Part shown: one piece after another, positions 55,756-64,000 of the stretch | Position numbering within the stretch: the stretch's first letter is position 1 | How the letters are laid out: each line of letters begins with the position of its first letter | The notes under the pieces: generated by a model | What the model saw: only the letters and a program-made list of their open reading frames with translations | What the model was told of the DNA's origin: nothing | Databases searched by the model: none | Made by a program: the position numbers and the translations under genes | Source: the human T2T-CHM13v2.0 reference genome, Homo sapiens | Assembly: GCF_009914755.1 (NCBI RefSeq) | Contig: NC_060940.1 | DNA length: 64,000 bases | Direction: 5' to 3' (one strand)

Positions 55756-57140
55756 GATGATATAGACCAATGAAAAAGGAATAGAGAGTCTAGATATAAA
55801 GCTGCATACCCACACCCATCTGATCTTTGACAAAGCCAACAAATACAAGCAAAGAGAAAAGGGCTCGTTAGTCAGTAAATAGTGCTGGGATAACTGGCTA
55901 GCCATATGCTGAAGATTGAAACTGGACCCATTCCTTACTTCCTTACACCATATACAAACATCAACTCAAGATAAATTAAAGATGTAAATGTAAATCCTAA
56001 AACTATAAAAACCCAGGAATATAACCTAGGTAATACCATTCTGGACATAGGACCTGGCAAAGATTTCATGATTAAGATGCAAACATCAAGTGCAACAAAA
56101 ATAAAAATTGACAAATGGGACTAAAACTAAAGAGCTTCTGCAAAACAAAAGAAACTATCAACACAGTAGACAGACAACCTACAAAATGGGAGAATATATT
56201 TGCAAACTATGTATATGACAAAGGCCTAATATCCAGAATCTATAAGGAACTTAAACAAATTTACCAGAAATAAACAAACAACCCCATTAAAAAGAAAGAA
56301 AAGGACAAGAGCAGACACTTTTTAAAAGAAGAGATATACATGGCCAACAAGCATATGAGAAAATGCTCAACATCACTAATCATTAGAGAAACGGAAATCA
56401 AAACCACAATGAGATACCATCTCACACCAGTCAGAATGGCTACTATTAAGTAGTCAGAAAATAACAGATGCTGGTGAGGTTGCAGAGAAAAGGGAACATT
56501 TATACACTGCTGATGGGAATGTAAATTAATTTTGCCATTGTGGAAAGCAGTCTGGCAATTTCTCAAAGAACTCAAAGCAGAATTACCACTCAACTCAGCA
56601 ATTTCATCATTGGATATATATACCCAAAGTAATATAAATTGTTCTACCATAATAATGCATGCACTCACATGTTCATTGCAACACTATTCACAATAGCAAA
56701 GACATGGAATTAACCTAGATGCCCATCAATGGTAGACTGGATAAAGAGAATGTGGTACATACACACTGTGGAATACTGTGCAGCCATAACAAAACAACAA
56801 GATCATGTCATTTGCAGCAACCTGGATGGAGCTGGAGGTCATTATCCTAAGTAAAGTAATGCAGAAACAGAAAACCAAATACCACATGTTCTTATTTATA
56901 AGTGGGAACTAATGGACACAAAGAAGAAAACAACAGACACCGTGTCCTCCATGAGGGTAAAATGTGAGAAGAGGGAGAGGATAAAAAAACTACCTGTTAG
57001 GTATGATGCTTATTACCTGGGTGAACAAAATAATCTGTACATCAAACCATTGTGAAACAGAGTTTACGTATATAACAAACCTGACATGTACCCCTGAACT
57101 TAGTTAAAAGTTAAAAAAAAAGAACAACAACAACAACAAA
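55756..57140 (+). mobile_element. L1PA15/16-like 3' portion
   Basis: 'atctgatctttgacaaagcc...tattacctgggtgaacaaaataatctgtac...gtacccctgaac', then A/(CAA)n tail. Confidence 0.93.
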
Positions 57141-57552
57141 AACCCTCCAGTTTCACAAGGTGAAAATGCATCATTTTTATTAATGAAATTAGCAATAAAG
57201 GAAACTCTAAGGGCACATGAAGACATTCTAAAACGTATCCTCATGTATCACAGGTATACTGTCTTAACCACTACAGCATCTTCTTGAGAGCAATTTGATT
57301 ATGTTTATGAAGCTAGGAAAATAATAAGTTGCATACGTTGACTAGCAATCCTGATGTTCTACTGGAGAACTTTCAGAAACATCCTAATGGTCTAGAATAA
57401 GTAACACTATAATGAACATCTTCACCTAAAAAAATGAAGGGAAAATGCGATTAGCAAGATTTCCTTGGAACATTGGTTAGAGTAGTTAATTTGTGATAGA
57501 TTTAATTGTACTGAAAATTATATAGCTATGAAAACTATAATAATGGAGATCA

Positions 57553-57863
<311 letters not shown>

Positions 57864-59184
57864 TTAAATAGGTACATTAAAAGGAATTGGAAGAATAGGA
57901 ACATGCATACTTTATTAGGATGGTGAATTTATAGGAACTGTTATTAATTTTTGGTTCTTTTTGCTATCTTTCCGTAATTGCATTCAATATAAAATTTTGA
58001 GTGTTTGTGTGTATGTGTGTGTGTGTGTTTGTGTCTATGTGTGTTTGAGAGAGAGAGAGTAAAAGAGAGAGAGGTGGAGGGGAGGAGGTGATCCTGAAAA
58101 GTGACAGACAATTTAGGGCCATATTGTTCATAAATTTTGGTAAGAGATGACAAAAATTTGAATCAGAACAATGCTCATGGGGATAAGGAGAATAACTGTG
58201 TCTGTTATTGGCCCATTCGTCTTTTTTTTTAGACTTGCTTATATCTTTTCCCTCTGTATTCTATGGTATTCTTTTCTTGCATTTTCTGAGCTTTAGCAGA
58301 GGCTGAAAATTATTTCCAGGTGGTGTACATAAACAAGGAAGTGACCAATATCAGCATAAAGTTTCCTTTAAATATAGTCATTACCTTTTGATTACCATGG
58401 AAACTTTGCTTCCTTCCAATGTTCTTTGTCAAATGCTAGTTTCTCATTTTACTTGAAAAGCCAGGAAGAGCCTCACTGTGCTGCAGCTATGTTGTGTTCT
58501 GAAATATTTGTCTCCCTATGTCACCTTTTCCATCGCAATCAGCATTTTCTGCCACATTGTCTCCTGGGAAGCTTTATAGTTTCACCCTTTAATGGGCAGA
58601 GTCAGTTTTTTCTCGAGGACTCAAATGAAAATTGTGCTTCCTTGCATGGGGCCATGACACTTCGAGTGTTACACAATTAAATTACTCCATTTGCAGAAGT
58701 AGTTCAGTGTCCTGGCTATTTACTCACATGAGACACATAATTTCCATATGCGAAATTGGAGTACAACTCTCTTTTTTTCTTACATCTAAGAGATCTCATA
58801 GTATCTAATTAACAAAAGTCTGTTAAGTACCTCGAGACAAATCTATGACATTCTGTTAAAACCATTACATAATTTATAGATTAATGCTAACTGTTCTCAC
58901 TTTATTTCAATAGTTATCATTAAATTTTAAGAAAAAAAAATCCTGCTGCTTTTCATTCTAGGATGTATTACAAAGACCTGACCGTGAGAGAAGCAACTTG
59001 GTCAAAAAATAATATATTTAATTTAGAATGGCCTTGTGTCTCCAAGTTGCTGATATTTAAAACCACCATGCAGTTTCTTATTTGTGTTTTCCAGTAAGCT
59101 GTTGCAAGATAAGGACCGTGCATCTTAGTCATCAGACAAAACAACAGAAACTACCTATTTAGGATGTATAAAGTGCCCCTATAG

Positions 59185-59398
59185 CAGAATTTCTGCAACC
59201 TCAGAATTGTTGAGGTTTTAAGGCAGAAGAGGTCTTTGTTGTTTGGGACTATCCTGTGCCATGCATGATGCTCAGCAGCATCCCTATATGCCAGTTGCAT
59301 TCCTCCACCCTGGTTACAAGAACAAAATGTGTCTTGAAAGAGCTGCCAAATGTTCCCTGGGGGACAAAATTGACTCTCTAGTCGATTGAGAACCTCTG
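59185..59398 (-). mobile_element. MER20 (hAT-Charlie)
   Basis: 'tgccaaatgttccctgggggacaaaattg...ttgagaacctctg'. Confidence 0.85.
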
Positions 59399-59705
59399 CC
59401 CTGAGGTGAATTCCAGTGTGTGTCTGATAACCTACATAGTTTTCAGTCCATCTTACAGATACCATCAAAATCAGCTGAAATAAATATCCTGTAGAGATAT
59501 AGCTATGGATATTAGCTGTCATTTTGACATAATGGATAAATAAATAGATATTTGTTTAATTTGTACTGTTTTAATTTTAATTATTTAGATACCTTTATTG
59601 GTCATATTTCCATCAATAGTGACGTGATGGTTTCAACAAAAAGCATGGTTGATCAGAATCAAAGTCTCACATGGTGGCATAATAAAGACTAATAATACTA
59701 CTGGA

Positions 59706-60128
59706 TTTAAGTAAATATCAGTCACACTGAAAGACAAATACCACATGCTCTCGCTCATATTTGGGAGCTAAAATAAGTGATCTCACGGACTTAGAGAATA
59801 GAACAGTAGATACCAGAGACTGGTAAGGGTGGGTAGTTGTGAGGGGTGTGATAAGGAGAAGCTGGTTAATGGGTACAAGCATACAGTAAGATACAAGAAA
59901 TAACTTCTAATGTTTGATAGAAGAATAGGACACTAAGGCTTAGCAACAATATTTTGTATATATCAAAACAACTAGAAGACAGGACTCGAAATGATTCCAA
60001 CATATAGAAATAATAGGTACTCAAAGTGACGGATACTCCAAATGCCCTGACTTGATCATTACACATTCTATGACTTTAACACTCACATGTACCCCATAAA
60101 TATGTAAAATATTATGTATCAATAAAAA
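59706..60128 (+). mobile_element. L1MA4/5-like 3' end
   Basis: 'gaaagacaaataccacatgctctc...ggttaatgggtacaa...ccctgacttgatcattacacatt...tatgtatcaataaaaa'. Confidence 0.9.
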
Positions 60129-61759
60129 CACTGACAGCATAGATGACATTATTCTCAAATAGCAGGTGACTGTTTTCAGGACTCTACTGCATTATAGAGT
60201 GACTACAACCAGGCAGAGTCTGTGTTGGGCACTCATCCTCCAATCTCTATGTATTATACAAAGGAAGCCAATCGTGTGTGTGTGTGTGTATGTGTGTGTG
60301 TGTGTTTTCTTTTTTTAAAAAAAGATAACATAAGTTTATAAGTATGAGGCTTATAAATTAGCAATGGTACCAATGGGGAATTTCACAGCTCTGTAACTGA
60401 TTATGAAACATCAAATGTTATGTTGCTAGCCTGTTAAAAATTATGCACAGTTTTTAGAGTCTATTTCCTAATTAGTGTAATTAAAACCAAATTTTATACT
60501 TGGGTAAGGTGATAGATTGTGTCAACTGCTCTTTCTTCTTCTTAGTTGAATTTTAAAATTGCACATTCATAATGTATTCATATTCAGTAAAGTAAGAAGA
60601 TGTAAGACATTTAATAATATGAAATATAGCACATTCTACATTTTTGTAAAGTAGCACGCTGAACAGAATAAAACTAATCTGATGAAGCTCCGGAATATAA
60701 TCTTCCATAGTTATTTAAAATTTACCTAGTCCAGATGTCTGCCTATTATAAGACTTGGCAGGGTTCTCTACCTTACACTCTTATGAAGAATGAGAAAGTA
60801 TTTTTGGAAAGCCTTAGCTTATTCCTCAAAATAATAATAATAACAAATTAAAAGATACCTTGTGGTTTAATCAGTTGTGTTAAATCGAGTTTTTGTTTTC
60901 AAGTTATAGAAACTAAAATTGGCTACTTTTAAAAAATTCATTATTATTAAAGTATAAAATTTAGGGCCAGGAATGTAGACAGGATAGAAAATAGAAACTA
61001 GAAATCATATGGAATTTTCTCCAACTCTTACTATGCTTCTCTTCATGCAATAACCCATTTGCTTCCCAGTCTTCAGCCTGACTCTCTAATATTCAGTCCA
61101 CAAGAAATAAAATCCCAAATAGACCATCTGAGTTTTTGCTGTCGGCAAGTAACCAAACTGTGATAAATATCTCATAGCCCCAACTCCAAATGTCTAGTTA
61201 GAGATTTAATTTTCATCTGGGGTGAACCCATAAATTGTGTCTGGAGCTTGGGTGTGGGGATTTATACACAATATGGCAAAAGGGACTCACCCAAGAGGAT
61301 GAAGGAAGCTGCTAAGAAACAATGGTGAATTGCTATAATCTGGGAAGTTTCCTACAAATATCTATTAAGTAATTTGTTACTAAGAGAATAATCTCTGTTT
61401 TGGACCAATCAGTACTCTCATTTAATAGTCCAAGTGTTAACCCTTGTCTTTCTCCCATACATTGGTATTTTTCCTGTACAAGTGACTGCTAGGTTGCTTA
61501 GCTTTTAATCTGCTTTATATTGACTCTTTTTAGCTGTCTCCAGCCTGTGCACACCACGAACAGTGCATACCTAAACTTAGGTGAGGGAAAGTCACCCAAT
61601 TCATTTTTATTCTCTCAGAATTGACTCAAGCGGTATTTTTTTAGTACCTTTTGAACTTGGTGAATTGGTTACACTTTTTGCCTCACTCGTCCTGATCCAC
61701 TGTCCTTCCCCCTTTGCAATGAGAAAATCTTCTCTACCCCATTTGAAAGTTTAGATATT

Positions 61760-61960
61760 GGTTACATGTCTTACTAGCTGTGCAATCTTGGAAAAGTTTG
61801 TAACACCTTTAAGATTCATGTACCATATCTGTAAAATGGGCATGGCGGTATCTATACAATAGAGATAGTATAAAAAATAAATGAAATTATTCACGTAAAA
61901 TACTCAATTTAGTGCCTGGTACAACTTAAGTATCTGCTACCCCATGGATGTTAGCTGCTA
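61760..61960 (+). mobile_element. MIR followed by (CTA)n low-complexity sequence
   Basis: 'ttactagctgtgcaatcttggaaaag...atctgtaaaatgggc...agtgcctggtaca'. Confidence 0.75.
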
Positions 61961-63014
61961 CTACTACTACTACTACTAGTAGTTACTAGTACTAATTTTA
62001 TAGCTACCATTATCACCACTACCTCTAATACTTCTATCACTATTGATCTTATTGACCTGGTAATCATTTAGGATATCTCTGATAACTGAAAATCAATTAT
62101 CAGAGTTTTAATGTGCATGGTATACTTTAGGTTCCCAGAATATCACTGGTCCAATCCATAGATTTCCCCACTTTGTATTCTAATCATTGAGGTATCATGG
62201 GAGATTAGTTTGAACAAATATAAGCAAAGGCTAAAATAAATGTCTACATATAAGTTGCCTTCAAGCAGAATATCTTTTTAATCAAAATGCTATGAAACAA
62301 TTTTCCCCTCACTCTGCAGCAGGTAGAGCACAATCATTATTTGCTCCTGCTTCTGAGCGCTCAGGCTTCCCTCTGTGGAAGCTGTTCCTTGTTGGCTCTG
62401 CCTGCATAACAATGACAGGAGGAAGAGCTGCTTTATTTTACTCCCTTCCTCGGAGGAAAATGGGTGCCTTCTTTAATGTGAGTGGTCAGAAGCCCTAGTA
62501 CTTCCTTTTGTGACACAGTTTAAAGTCAGAGTCTCTGGAGCAACCTAGGAGGAAATCATTTGCACATCCATGCTTTATGAGAAGATGATGACAATGACAT
62601 GTTAATAATTACTAAGTTTGCATATAGAGGAGGTATTTCAAACACAGAATCTTACCCAGTTTTGTTTCAGTAGGTTTCACTGATTTGCCTGAGGTCACAA
62701 AATAAGTGAAAGTACCACGGCCAGCATCTTTGTCCTCCCAAGCCAGGGCTGTTTCTATTACAACACGCTAAGGAAGGTAAGGCTCTCATTGTAAGCATAA
62801 AGTAGGAAGTCATTTAGGCTTATCATTTAACATGTTAGTGAATATCTAAATTACTATGATGAACAAATATCTATAAGGTGTTAAACTTGACAATATTTTC
62901 GGGTTTTGTTTGTTTGCTTGCTTACTTGTTTGTTTCAACTCCTTGTCTTTTTATTGTTTGGGGAAAGTGACAACCACTAGCTTCTTGCAGTTATCTAATG
63001 AAATACCTAAAGCT

Positions 63015-63530
63015 GTATAGTTGGCCATTTGTATGTCTTCTTTGGAGAAATATCTATTCAGGTATTTTGCCCATTTTTAAATCAGGTTACAAAGATGCCA
63101 CCAACACACAGTGTGGAAAGGACAGTCTCTTCATTAAATGGCGTTGGAAAAACTGGATGCCCACAAGCAGGAGGATTAAATTTGACTTTTATCTCACACC
63201 ATATGCAAAAATCAACTCAAAATATATTAAGGACTTAAAGATAAACCTGAAACTCTAAAACTACTAGAAGAAAACATAGAAGGAATATGCCATGCATAGG
63301 TCTGAACAATGATTTATTTTTTGCATATGACTCCAAATTTCAGACAACAAAAGTAAAAGTAGATGATGTGATTACATCAAACTAAAAAGCTTCTATACAA
63401 CAAAGGAAACAATCAATAGAACAAAGATATAATCTATGAAATGGGAGAAGACATTTGCAAACTGTGTATCTAATAAGGAGTTAACATCCAAAATACATAA
63501 GGAGCTCAAACAACACAATAGCTAGAAAAT
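63015..63530. mobile_element. Old L1MA with inversion: - segment 63015-63089, + segment 63089-63530
   Basis: Strand switch at 'aaatcaggtta|caaagatgcc'; ORF 62998..63258 contains 'GKDSLFIKWRWKNW'. Confidence 0.85.
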
Positions 63531-64000
63531 AGACCTTACAATTAACATTCAATTAATGTCACATTCAAATATTTCTCTTTTAAAATGTTACATTAAAAAC
63601 GGAAGAAAAATATGTAGCCCTCTGTGCAAACAAAAGTCAGTTTGGTATTTTGTTTTGATGAAAATGAAGGGCAGTGCAGGTAGTTCAGCATAAATAACCC
63701 GAATTGGTTGTCTCTTTTAGTCTTTGTTTTAATTAGCATTACAAAAGAGAAACATCGCATATATTAGACATAATTTCTAACCTCAGAAATAAAATGTTAC
63801 CTTAAGTTCCACAGTGAGCGCATGCTGAATTACTGTTTTAGCTCAGGGGAGGATATATTTAGGCTTGTTTGTAAAGCGTAAATTAGAGTAAGTGTTATGG
63901 TGTCATAAGTTAGCTGGATTACCTAGAGCAGCTCCTCTCCTTCTGAATAATTAAGATATCTGATTCAAACATATGTGTAGGTTATTAAATGCAACTGTAC

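Overview
AT-rich, CpG-depleted primate genomic DNA, almost certainly human: it contains an AluYb8, a human-specific subfamily, and a hominoid SVA fragment. The region is intronic or intergenic. I can support no host protein-coding gene, tRNA, rRNA or CRISPR array. The ORF track is explained by L1 ORF2 remnants, Alu-derived frames, microsatellites and chance. Much of the window is interspersed repeat: L1PA/PB/MA/MB fragments, about 13 Alus, SVA, MaLR/ERVL/ERV1 solo LTRs, DNA-transposon MITEs, MIR and L2. Subfamily names come from remembered consensus sequences and need RepeatMasker/Dfam confirmation; boundaries of old elements are approximate. I did not find a convincing new multi-gene biological system. 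The most unusual signals are insertion architectures: (1) an L1PA3/4 with a 5' inversion, about 2.1 kb missing and a 42-nt 3' transduction, all inside one target-site duplication (TSD); (2) a tail-less 45-bp Alu fragment at the tip of a perfect palindrome; (3) an AluYb8 that re-used the target site of an older Alu; (4) a 3'-truncated, almost tail-less AluYk-like element with an intact TSD. There are also a few low-confidence candidate non-coding exons and regulatory motifs.
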